A DNA stretch of 64,000 nt, taken from assembly GCA_039811685.1 (NCBI GenBank), contig JBDHZC010000003.1:96001-160000 (forward strand), in the 5' to 3' direction. The notes below the pieces were generated by a model that made no database searches, was not told where the DNA came from, and worked only from the letters and a program-made list of their open reading frames with translations. A program made the translations under genes and the position numbers. Each line of letters starts with the position of its first letter. The first letter of the stretch is position 1. This stretch comes from Armatimonadota bacterium (GTDB taxonomy: Bacteria > Armatimonadota > UBA5829 > DSUL01). This document shows positions 10,160 through 18,650 of this stretch, one piece after another.

Positions 10160-10726
10160 ATGGGTTTTCTAGCTGTAGTGCTGCTTGGTTTCATACTGCT
10201 TGCAGTGATAGTCGCGCTCTGGTGGATTGGCATCTACAACCGCCTGATAGCGCTGCGAAACGAGATTGAGAACCTGTGGAGCCAGATTGACGTTCAGTTG
10301 CGTCGCCGCTTTGATCTGATTCCAAATCTCGTCGAGACGGTCAAAGGCTATGCGTCCCACGAGAAGGAGATTTTTGAAAAAGTCGCCGAAGCCAGAGCGC
10401 AGATGTTGAACGCAAAGAGCCCCACAGACCAGGTTCAAGCGGACAACATGCTGACCGGGGCACTCAAGAGCCTCTTCGCTGTTGCCGAAGCCTACCCGGA
10501 CCTCAAGGCAAATCAAAACTTCCTCAGCCTTCAGGAGGAACTTTCGTCCACGGAAACCCAGATTGCGCGCGCTCGAGAGACGTACAACGACGCCGTAATG
10601 AGCTATAACACACTCAAACAGTCGTTCCCCGCCAGCATCGTCGCCAGTACCGGTGGCTTTGGCGCGAAGCCTTACTTCCCTGTAGAGGAAGAGGCACGCG
10701 AGCCGGTCAAGGTCAGCTTCGCCTAG
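10160..10726 (+). CDS. lemA: LemA family protein
   Basis: WSQIDVQLRRRFDLIPNLVETVKGYA, AVAEAYPDLKANQNF; GGAGG RBS. Confidence 0.95.
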   Translation: MGFLAVVLLGFILLAVIVALWWIGIYNRLIALRNEIENLWSQIDVQLRRRFDLIPNLVETVKGYASHEKEIFEKVAEARAQMLNAKSPTDQVQADNMLTGALKSLFAVAEAYPDLKANQNFLSLQEELSSTETQIARARETYNDAVMSYNTLKQSFPASIVASTGGFGAKPYFPVEEEAREPVKVSFA

Positions 10727-10767
10727 ACTCCTTCAACGCCATCCTCGTTTGTTGAGTCAGACGTCGC

Positions 10768-11496
10768 CTATTCGATGATGCTGCGCACAACGCGCACCCC
10801 GTTAAGCGCCAGATGGTACAGGAAGACGGTGTGCATGAGGTCGCCGGGATGTGGCAGCGCTCCCAGTTGTCGCGCGGTCTGCACGCTCAAATCATAGGTC
10901 TGGACACAGTCTGCCGGGACGATAACATCCATCTTTTCACCAGCCGCGTTGGCGCCTGTGCGCAGATGCGTCGCGAGCTGGTACACGCACAGATCTGTGC
11001 AGTCTCCTACGCAAATTGCCGTATGCAGATTTGCTTCGTGTACCGTCGCGTCAAAAGCCGTGTTCGGACTTGGGTTTGTTGAGTACTTGGGAATTATCTG
11101 AAACAGTTCTGCGAATGGCAATGAGCGAAGAGGCTCAATGGTATCAGCTTCGGAAGTCCCGGCCACACAGTGCGGCGGCCACGACGCAAACTCCGGAGAA
11201 TCGGCGGGGTGGGCGTCCTGTGGCAGGATAAACGTCCGTACGCCCACTTCATAGACCCGTGTGAAGAGATCGGCGACACGGCTCGCAATGGCTTCGACAC
11301 GTGGGCTGGCCAGCGCTCCCTCGTAGCAGAAGCCGTTGATCATATCCACACAGAAAACCCCTATGCGCTCCGGTCCACCGCTGGCTAGCGCAATCTGCTC
11401 CAGACTCATATCCTCCAGATTGCTTTGCCAGTCCGATAACCAGTCCAGAAATTCGTGCGCGGATGCCGTAAGTTCGTTTTCAGTCTGTGCTTGCAT
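10768..11496 (-). CDS. Isochorismatase/nicotinamidase-family cysteine hydrolase
   Basis: VDMINGF, WPPHCVAGT, GDCTDLCV; GGAGGAG RBS before ATG 11496. Confidence 0.88.
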   Translation of the reverse strand: MQAQTENELTASAHEFLDWLSDWQSNLEDMSLEQIALASGGPERIGVFCVDMINGFCYEGALASPRVEAIASRVADLFTRVYEVGVRTFILPQDAHPADSPEFASWPPHCVAGTSEADTIEPLRSLPFAELFQIIPKYSTNPSPNTAFDATVHEANLHTAICVGDCTDLCVYQLATHLRTGANAAGEKMDVIVPADCVQTYDLSVQTARQLGALPHPGDLMHTVFLYHLALNGVRVVRSIIE

Positions 11497-11557
11497 AGTA
11501 TTGCTCCTCCTCTGAGATTGTACCGGCAAGCGCCACGACCGGCATGCGCCCAAAGCC

Positions 11558-11588
11558 AAAAAAGCGCCCTGAGACACTCAGGGCGCTT
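11558..11588 (-). terminator. Rho-independent terminator of the PEP-CTERM gene
   Basis: GCGCCCTGAG/CTCAGGGCGC stem followed by a T6 tract on the minus strand. Confidence 0.8.
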
Positions 11589-11611
11589 CAATGTTTATAT
11601 TGGAGCCGGCG

Positions 11612-12133
11612 TCAGGCTCTCTTGCGGCGAAGAAGACCCAGGCTGCTGAGTCCGCCTAGCATAGCAATCAGAGCGCTCGGCTCAGGGACGACAGTGCGCG
11701 GGACGTAAATTGGGACAATCTCTTCGTGTTGGTCAGAGAAACGAATCGTTGACTGGACTGTCACCGGACCCGCGTCGCTCGTTGTGTCGCTGAATCCGAA
11801 GAGTTCGGTGGTGTCAGCCGGTCCCCAGGGCAGCGGGCCATCTGGCGACGTGTAATCACCCAGATCGAACACGTTTCCACCAGCCCATGTCCAGGACATA
11901 ATGCCCTTGTCGCTGGAAGAGTTGTCCAGCTCCCAGTAATAATAGAAGACTGGGAAGCTGTCGGTCGGCTCCTGCACGAAGGAATCGTAGTAGTACTGGT
12001 AGCCGGGCCCAACCGGAGGGATGTCGTTCAGGGCCGGATACACATATTCAAAGTCCGCCCGGGCAGCTGTGGCCAAAGCGGCTATGGAGACAAGCGCAAG
12101 CAGATAAGCGCAGCATTTGCGAAGTCGGGTCAT
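11612..12133 (-). CDS. PEP-CTERM sorting domain-containing secreted protein
   Basis: Signal peptide; C-terminal VPEPSALIAMLGGLSSLGLLRRKRA (PEP motif, TM helix, basic tail). Confidence 0.92.
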   Translation of the reverse strand: MTRLRKCCAYLLALVSIAALATAARADFEYVYPALNDIPPVGPGYQYYYDSFVQEPTDSFPVFYYYWELDNSSSDKGIMSWTWAGGNVFDLGDYTSPDGPLPWGPADTTELFGFSDTTSDAGPVTVQSTIRFSDQHEEIVPIYVPRTVVPEPSALIAMLGGLSSLGLLRRKRA

Positions 12134-12319
12134 AGTGGTTATCCTCGTTTCTTAACTTACTCCGGCACGCGTCAACGGATCATCTGGCGCTCTGCTGGAA
12201 ATTCCTTAGCGAGTATCCGTAACAGTGCAGAATCGCAGATTTGCCGGAGAAGGTTTATGAATCCGAGCCGGGTGCGCGCTGCTCACCCATTGCCGTTTGG
12301 CTTGAGATGCCGGCGCTTT

Positions 12320-12358
12320 GTGCTATGGCGCCAGTGCTATAGCGCCAGTGCTATAGCA
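12320..12358. repeat. Intergenic 14-bp tandem repeat GTGCTATRGCGCCA x2.8
   Basis: gtgctatggcgcca gtgctatagcgcca gtgctatagca. Confidence 0.75.
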
Positions 12359-12663
12359 TTGATGCGTTCGCACCAGTGTGGTCGCAACGGACGCGTTGGA
12401 TACACTTATGCGTGTCATCTCAGAGTGAGCGTAATGCGCATTCGCGGTTCGCGCTATGTGCAGTGAACGGAGCTTCGGGGGCAGCGAAGCAGCCGCTTTG
12501 AACCAAAGTTGACTCGAATATTGAGCCTGAAGACGAATACAGTATCCAGGCTCCCTTCTATCTTAGCTCCCAGCAGGCGTCAGGTCAAGCTCTTCTGATC
12601 AAAACTGGTACCCTTACCGGCAGTACACAATGGATTGCCGCGCCTCTGAGATATAATTCGACT

Positions 12664-13470
12664 ATGGAACCTACCATCACCGTATCCGCTCAGCAGATTG
12701 ACTTTTTCCGCCGCAACGGATTTCTCTCCATTGAAGCCATAACGGACGCCAGTGAAATCGCGAGTCTGCGCCAAGTCTATGACAGCCTCTTTGAGAGGCG
12801 CGCCGGACGGGAAGTCGGGGATGAGTTTGATCTGGCCGGCGCGGATCAGGACGGCGAAGTCGCCCGCCTTCCCCAGATTCTCTCACCCAGCAAGTACGCG
12901 CCGGAGTTCGCTGAGGGTCTCATGCGTGTGAACGCGCTGCAGGTAGCGCGCCAGCTTCTTGGTGAGGAAGCTGATTGGGGTGGGGATCACGCCATCTTCA
13001 AGCCTGCGCTCTACGGAGCTGAAACGCCGTGGCATCAGGACGAGGCGTACTGGGACTCCTCACTTTCGTACAACAGCATCAGCATCTGGGTTCCATTGCA
13101 GGAAGCGACGGTGGAAAACGGGTGCATGTGGTTTGTTCCGGGCAGTCAGAACAGCCCGCTTCTACCTCACCACTCAATAGGCCATGACCCGCGCGTGCAC
13201 GGGCTGGAAGTTGACCGGGAGCCGATGGACGCCGCGGTGGATCTTTCCAGCGCGGTTGCATGTCCTCTACCGCCCGGGGGCGCAACCATCCATCACAATC
13301 GCACGCTCCACTACACCGGGCCGAACACTTCTCCTGTTCCAAGGCGCGCCTATATCATGGCCTTCGCGTTACCGCCACAGAAGCTGGATGAGCCGCGAGA
13401 TTTCTACTGGAACCGCATCAAGCAGGCGCCTCGCCAGGAAAGAGCCGCCCGCGCCGCAGCCGGCGCCTAA
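12664..13470 (+). CDS. Phytanoyl-CoA dioxygenase (PhyH) family Fe(II)/2OG oxygenase
   Basis: TPWHQD, WVPLQEATVENGCMWFVPGS, distal H (TLHYTGPN), R. Confidence 0.9.
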   Translation: MEPTITVSAQQIDFFRRNGFLSIEAITDASEIASLRQVYDSLFERRAGREVGDEFDLAGADQDGEVARLPQILSPSKYAPEFAEGLMRVNALQVARQLLGEEADWGGDHAIFKPALYGAETPWHQDEAYWDSSLSYNSISIWVPLQEATVENGCMWFVPGSQNSPLLPHHSIGHDPRVHGLEVDREPMDAAVDLSSAVACPLPPGGATIHHNRTLHYTGPNTSPVPRRAYIMAFALPPQKLDEPRDFYWNRIKQAPRQERAARAAAGA

Positions 13471-14300
13471 CTCACACCCAGAGCGCGCTGAACCTCAGCC
13501 TCCCAGGTCCCAGCGACCGTAACACCGTACTCGCGCAGGCCTCCTGTCGCCTTCGGTCCGGTCATATAGGGGCGGTAGTCTCGATCTGGTTCGATCAGAT
13601 CGCTCGCCGCGTAGTTCACGTGAAGAAAGTGAAGAGCAACTCCCGCGCGCTCATGGTCTGAGTTGTTCGGGCCGGTGCAATGGGGTGTCCCATAACAGAA
13701 GAAGATGGCGCCTCCTGCCGCGAGCTCCACTGGAACGCCTTCATCCTCGCACGGGTAGCATCGGATGTGGTGGTCGCTGTCTGGATCGCGAACGTGCTCC
13801 ATCTCTTCTCGAAAACGATTCGGGATGACTCGCATGGTCCCGTTCTCCACGGTCGCGCCATGCACGGCAGTCCACAGCGCCGTTCCCTTCATAGGATCAG
13901 ATATTCGGAAGTACGCGTTGTCCTGGTGCCAGTTCGTGCCAGTTCCGGCCCGGGCAGGCTTCCAGAAGACCTGGTCCAGATGAAGAATGAACGGATTCCC
14001 AATCAGCTTTCCAACCGCATCTATCACTTTCGGCGCAAAAGGCATGGCCCGGAAGAGCGCGCTGTGGTCGTACATGGGACACAGTTGCAGATTCTCTTTT
14101 GAGCGCGAGGGGGTCTTGCCATCCCCGTCCGTCGCAACATTTCGCATGGCGCCGGAGCCTTTCAGACGCTCCAGCTCCTTGCGCATAGCCGCTACTTCGC
14201 GCTTAGTCCAGAACTCCGGAACAGCCACCCAGCCATGCTCGTGGAACTTCAGCGCCTGCTCATCCGTCAACTGATTCCCGTCTGATTCCAATCCGCTCAT
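13467..14300 (-). CDS. Phytanoyl-CoA dioxygenase (PhyH) family Fe(II)/2OG oxygenase
   Basis: TNWHQD, ATVENGTMRVIP, TPHCTGPN..R. Confidence 0.9.
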   Translation of the reverse strand: MSGLESDGNQLTDEQALKFHEHGWVAVPEFWTKREVAAMRKELERLKGSGAMRNVATDGDGKTPSRSKENLQLCPMYDHSALFRAMPFAPKVIDAVGKLIGNPFILHLDQVFWKPARAGTGTNWHQDNAYFRISDPMKGTALWTAVHGATVENGTMRVIPNRFREEMEHVRDPDSDHHIRCYPCEDEGVPVELAAGGAIFFCYGTPHCTGPNNSDHERAGVALHFLHVNYAASDLIEPDRDYRPYMTGPKATGGLREYGVTVAGTWEAEVQRALGVS

Positions 14301-14347
14301 GCCTCCCCGCCAGATTCTGCGCTCTTTGTCGCAGGTCCACCGGCGCT

Positions 14348-15520
14348 CTAGCCGCCCATTGACCCTGCTCCTGCTCCAGCGTCCAGCGCCGCCCGGAGGA
14401 CGCTGCGGCGAATAGCAAATAGACTGGCTGTCGGCTTCGCAGGACTCGGAAACACTGAATTGGTCAGAAACACCACGTACGCGCCCGTGCCCTTATCCAT
14501 CCAGACGAACGTGCCGGTGAAGCCAGTATGACCGATGAAGACGCCCTTCTCCGCATCGGCTTCTCGCGGGCCGAAAGCGCCAGACCGGTAGATATCCCAG
14601 CCGAATCCCCGCCAGTCGTTTATGGACGGGGCAAGCTGAAGACGGGTCGCCCGCCTGACCAGCGCTTCATCCAGAACTCTGACTCCGTCCAGTTCCCCGC
14701 CGTTCAAAATCATCTGGCAAAACCGCGCCAGGTCCGGTCCGGTTGAGAACAGCCCTGCGTTTCCGGGAGTGTGAGTCTCACACCCGTAGTAGCGGGCCAG
14801 CGGATCGTGCACGCGGCCTTGTAGGAGCGAGCCGTCTGGAAGCGGGACAGTCGGCGCGGCCCGGCGCATCTGATCTGGACTAAGTGAGTAAGCCGTGTCA
14901 CGCATACCGATGGGATTCCAGACTCTGCGCCGCAGAATGTCCTCCATCCGCTCTCCCGATGCGTTCTCGACAACGCGAGCCAGCGTCTGCATATTCAGAC
15001 AGCTATAGTTGACCCGCGTGGCGCGGGGGAAGGGGCGTTTCAGGGTGGCGTAGTGGTTGATCAGTGCATCGGCGTTTGACTCGCCTTCTGCCCGCGTTTT
15101 CTCCACAGCCGGCGCGCTGTCGTAAGCCGGCATGCCAGAGGTATGGGTCAGCAGGTCACGGATGACAATGTCGTTCTTCTCGCCCGCAGCATAGGCTGGA
15201 ATATAGCTGGCCACGCGGTCCCAGACAGAAAAACGCCCGTCCTCCAGCATCAGAAGCGCCGCTGTCGTCGTTCCCACCACCTTTGAAACCGACGCCAGAT
15301 CCCACAACGTATCCAGCTTCACAGGAGCCGAGTCAGCGGAGTAAGTCATGCGCCCGTACGCCGCCTGATGCACAATCCTGCCATTGCAGCCGATAACCAC
15401 CACAGCTCCGGGATAGGCGTGTCCGTCCACGCCGCTCTGTACCAGCCTGTCCACGTCAGCCAGATTCGCATGACAGGCGCCGGCGACAAGACAGAGCACA
15501 AGCGTCAGCCATCTCCTCAT
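14348..15520 (-). CDS. Serine hydrolase, beta-lactamase class C-like family
   Basis: LASVSK (SxxK), LLTHTSG, YS, GHTGFTG; signal peptide; ATGA overlap with the upstream gene. Confidence 0.9.
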   Translation of the reverse strand: MRRWLTLVLCLVAGACHANLADVDRLVQSGVDGHAYPGAVVVIGCNGRIVHQAAYGRMTYSADSAPVKLDTLWDLASVSKVVGTTTAALLMLEDGRFSVWDRVASYIPAYAAGEKNDIVIRDLLTHTSGMPAYDSAPAVEKTRAEGESNADALINHYATLKRPFPRATRVNYSCLNMQTLARVVENASGERMEDILRRRVWNPIGMRDTAYSLSPDQMRRAAPTVPLPDGSLLQGRVHDPLARYYGCETHTPGNAGLFSTGPDLARFCQMILNGGELDGVRVLDEALVRRATRLQLAPSINDWRGFGWDIYRSGAFGPREADAEKGVFIGHTGFTGTFVWMDKGTGAYVVFLTNSVFPSPAKPTASLFAIRRSVLRAALDAGAGAGSMGG

Positions 15521-16764
15521 TCTGTTGTTGCTTTCAGCGCCGCTCTTGCCGCCGATCGTCCCGCCACCGCTCCGCTGCTCCACGCCCATTGAAAGTTGTA
15601 TCCTCCCAGCCAGCCATCCACGTCCAGAATCTCGCCTGCGAAAAACAGTCCGGGGCGCAGCCGGCTCTGCATGGTCGCCGGTTCCAGATCGTCCAGCGCC
15701 ACTCCCCCCGCCGTCGCTTCCGCAAATCGGTAGCCGCCGATCCCACTCACGGGAAGGCGCTGGTCCAGCGTCAGTTCGCGCAGCCTCTCCTGGGTCTCCC
15801 TGTTCAGCTTTCCAAGAGGTGTTCGGCCCGCCGCAGCTTCAGCCGCCATCATCTCTGCCAGGCGGTGCGGCAAAAGCGTTGAAAGCGCATTTGACGTCGT
15901 TTTGCGCGCATGCGTCTTGACCAGATTCTGCCAGAACACCCGCTCCTGCCCATCCTCAATCTCAGGCGCAAACCGCGCGTACACCTGCGCTTCGGGATGT
16001 GTCCATCGCTGCCGGACAACATGCCGGCTCAGGTTCAGCGCCGCGGGACCGCTGTAGCCCGTGTGCGTGAACAGGAAGGAACCGGTGAAAGACGCCAGTG
16101 TTTCATTTTTCTCCCGAAGCTGCAAGCGGACCGGCAGGGTGACACCGGAAAGCTGAGCGTGTACAGGCGGCTCCGCAAAGAGCGGGGACAGCGCAGGCGT
16201 CGTCGGTACAAGCGTATGTCCCAGAGTCTGCGCCCACGGGTATCCTGCGCCGTTTGACCCGGATTTCGGAAGCGCCAGCCCGCCTGTGCACACCACAACT
16301 GATCTCGCCGAGTAGCTACCCTCCTGCGTCCGCACCCTCCACAACGCGCCCTCCGGCCGAATATCCTCCACCTTCATGCCGGTCCTGAGTTCGCCGCCCG
16401 CGCTGCTGAGCGCCTCAAGTAGCGCCGTCAGAACCGCTTTGCCGGAGTTGGCGACCGGAAAGTACTTGCCCGTCTTCTCCAGCTTGAGAGGAACCCCGAT
16501 GCGCTCAAAGAAGCGGTGGGTCTCCTCCACATTGAACGCATGCAAAACGCGGTCCACAAAGCGCTCCGAGCCTGAGTTGAAGCACGACGGATGGACATAT
16601 TCATTCGTGACGTTGCACCTGCCCCCGCCCGCCACCAGAATCTTCGCCCCGATCTTCGTCTGCGAATCCAGCGCCAGCGCATGCGCCCCGCGCTCAGCGG
16701 AGGCAATGGCAGCCATCAACCCCGCCGCTCCCGCTCCGACGACGATCACATCCCAGTCCTTCAC
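15517..16764 (-). CDS. HI0933/YhiN/BaiN-like NAD(P)/FAD-dependent flavoprotein
   Basis: GAGAAG, KILVAGGGRCNVTN, TGG, GEILDVDGWLGGYNFQWAWSSG. Confidence 0.92.
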   Translation of the reverse strand: MKDWDVIVVGAGAAGLMAAIASAERGAHALALDSQTKIGAKILVAGGGRCNVTNEYVHPSCFNSGSERFVDRVLHAFNVEETHRFFERIGVPLKLEKTGKYFPVANSGKAVLTALLEALSSAGGELRTGMKVEDIRPEGALWRVRTQEGSYSARSVVVCTGGLALPKSGSNGAGYPWAQTLGHTLVPTTPALSPLFAEPPVHAQLSGVTLPVRLQLREKNETLASFTGSFLFTHTGYSGPAALNLSRHVVRQRWTHPEAQVYARFAPEIEDGQERVFWQNLVKTHARKTTSNALSTLLPHRLAEMMAAEAAAGRTPLGKLNRETQERLRELTLDQRLPVSGIGGYRFAEATAGGVALDDLEPATMQSRLRPGLFFAGEILDVDGWLGGYNFQWAWSSGAVAGRSAARAALKATTE

Positions 16765-16853
16765 GCGTGGATTGTAGCACAGGCGCACGCGTGCCGAGAG
16801 CGCTCAGCGGCTACGTGATAGTCTGCGGAGCTATCGGCTCCTGCGCATTGCTC

Positions 16854-18524
16854 TCATCGCGCCAGCCAGAGAACCAGCACCTGAGCGGAGATAACGCGCA
16901 GGATCATCACGAGCGGATAGACCGTTGCATAGGCGACAGAAGCTCCCTCAGAGCCGGTCACGGAGGTGGCAAAGGCCAGGGCGGGCGGGTCGGTCATGCT
17001 TCCGGCCAGCAACCCGCAGAGCGAGACAAAGTTCAAACGATAAACAGCTCTGGCTACCAGCGCCACTACCAGCAGCGGAAGCAGCGTGATCAGAGTCGCC
17101 CATCCCATCCACGCAAACCCTGCGCCCTGAGTCAGTGTCTGAACAAACTGGTCACCCGCCTTCAGCCCGACACACGCGAGAAACAGCACAATGCCGATCT
17201 GCCTGAGCATGAAGTTGGCGCTTATGGGCATAAACATACTCACAGGGCCGATCTGCCCGACGCGGCTGAGGAGGATGGCGACAATCAGCGGGCCGCCCGC
17301 CAGCCCCAGTTTGACCGGCGCGGGCATTCCCGGTATGCTGATCGGAACACTGCCGAGAATCACTCCCAGAGTGATCCCCAGAAAGACGGAGATGAGCTGT
17401 GGGTGGTTCAGCTTGGAGACGGAGTTGCCCAGCTCGCGAGAGACGCTGTCAAGAGACTGTTCATCTCCAACCACAGTCACAGTGTCAGCAAACTGCAGTT
17501 TGAAGTCAGCCGTCACAGGCAGCTCAAACTCTGCGCGGTTGACCCGGGTGATCTGCACTCCAAAGCGCTGAGGAAGCGCAAGCTCCAGAATGGATTTTCC
17601 GATAGCAGCGCTCTTGGTTACGCGCAGCCGCCGGGTGCTGAGATGACTGGGCACGGCGCGCAGATCAACATCAGACTCCTCGCCCACAATCAGCCGCAGG
17701 TCTCGCAGCTTCTCGCGGGGCCCTACCGCAAGCAGGACATCACCCTGCGCCAGGGTAGTTGTCGCATCTGCCACCTGCATGCGGTCGTCGTGGAGGATGC
17801 GCGAGACGACCACACCCGATCCGCCAAGTCCCGGAACCTCCTGCAGGCGCACCCCTTCCAGATTCTTGTTAGACACCTGCAGACTGGCGGCGATCAGCCC
17901 GGAAGTCTCCGCGGACTGGTGGGCGACAACGGCATCCGCCTCTTTTCTCGTGTCAACGCGAAAAACGCGCCGAACAAGCAGCATCGACAGAATTGTGCCA
18001 ACGATGCCGAAAGGATAAGCGATTGCATACCCCAGTCCCGGCATCTTGCTGGCTTCGTCCGTGATTCCTGGCAGATCTTTGAGCGCCTGCTGGGCCGCGC
18101 CAAGTCCGGGCGTATTAGTCACGCCGCCAGTGTAGAGTCCAACAGCTGCCTTGATGTCAATATGCGCCAGAAAAACCAGCCCCAGCGTCACAATGACACC
18201 AATTCCGACAATCGCCGCCGCCATCAAGTTGAGAGCTAATCCTTGTCGCCGCAGTGAAGCGATGAATCCGGGACCCACCTGCAGACCAATCGTGTAAACG
18301 AAAAGTATCAGTCCGAAGTCCCGCGCGAAGTCCAGGACCTCTTCATTCAGGGTGAGGTTGTAGTGCCCGAAGATCAGTCCGGCAAAGAGTACGCCTGCAA
18401 TGCCCAGACTGATTCCGAAGATTTTGATGTTGCCGATGGCCAGCCCGAGCGCCGCGACCAGCCCGATAATCACAACTGCGTGAGCGACAGAATCCTGCGT
18501 GAAGAGCTCAACTAGAAATGACAT
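16854..18524 (-). CDS. AspT/YidE/YbjL family transporter with TrkA-C domains
   Basis: FGLILFVYTIGLQVGPGF, TNTPGLGAA, GSMTDPPAL, YATVYP. Confidence 0.92.
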   Translation of the reverse strand: MSFLVELFTQDSVAHAVVIIGLVAALGLAIGNIKIFGISLGIAGVLFAGLIFGHYNLTLNEEVLDFARDFGLILFVYTIGLQVGPGFIASLRRQGLALNLMAAAIVGIGVIVTLGLVFLAHIDIKAAVGLYTGGVTNTPGLGAAQQALKDLPGITDEASKMPGLGYAIAYPFGIVGTILSMLLVRRVFRVDTRKEADAVVAHQSAETSGLIAASLQVSNKNLEGVRLQEVPGLGGSGVVVSRILHDDRMQVADATTTLAQGDVLLAVGPREKLRDLRLIVGEESDVDLRAVPSHLSTRRLRVTKSAAIGKSILELALPQRFGVQITRVNRAEFELPVTADFKLQFADTVTVVGDEQSLDSVSRELGNSVSKLNHPQLISVFLGITLGVILGSVPISIPGMPAPVKLGLAGGPLIVAILLSRVGQIGPVSMFMPISANFMLRQIGIVLFLACVGLKAGDQFVQTLTQGAGFAWMGWATLITLLPLLVVALVARAVYRLNFVSLCGLLAGSMTDPPALAFATSVTGSEGASVAYATVYPLVMILRVISAQVLVLWLAR

Positions 18525-18650
18525 ATGTTTGTACTATATATCACAGACTATTTCTGTGCTTCAATGTTGTACTCGCAAGGTTACCCGGGCGAGGCTCACA
18601 TCAGTTCAGGATAGCCTATCGCCGCCAGAAATGCGAAGCGCCAGGCCTTC

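Noticed and set aside
16767..18239. 490-aa plus-strand ORF (and similar long antisense ORFs at 24456-25595, 45219-46091, 49210-50268 and 60432-61475)
   Set aside because: They lie opposite well-supported genes and have no motifs; such shadow ORFs are expected in GC-rich DNA.
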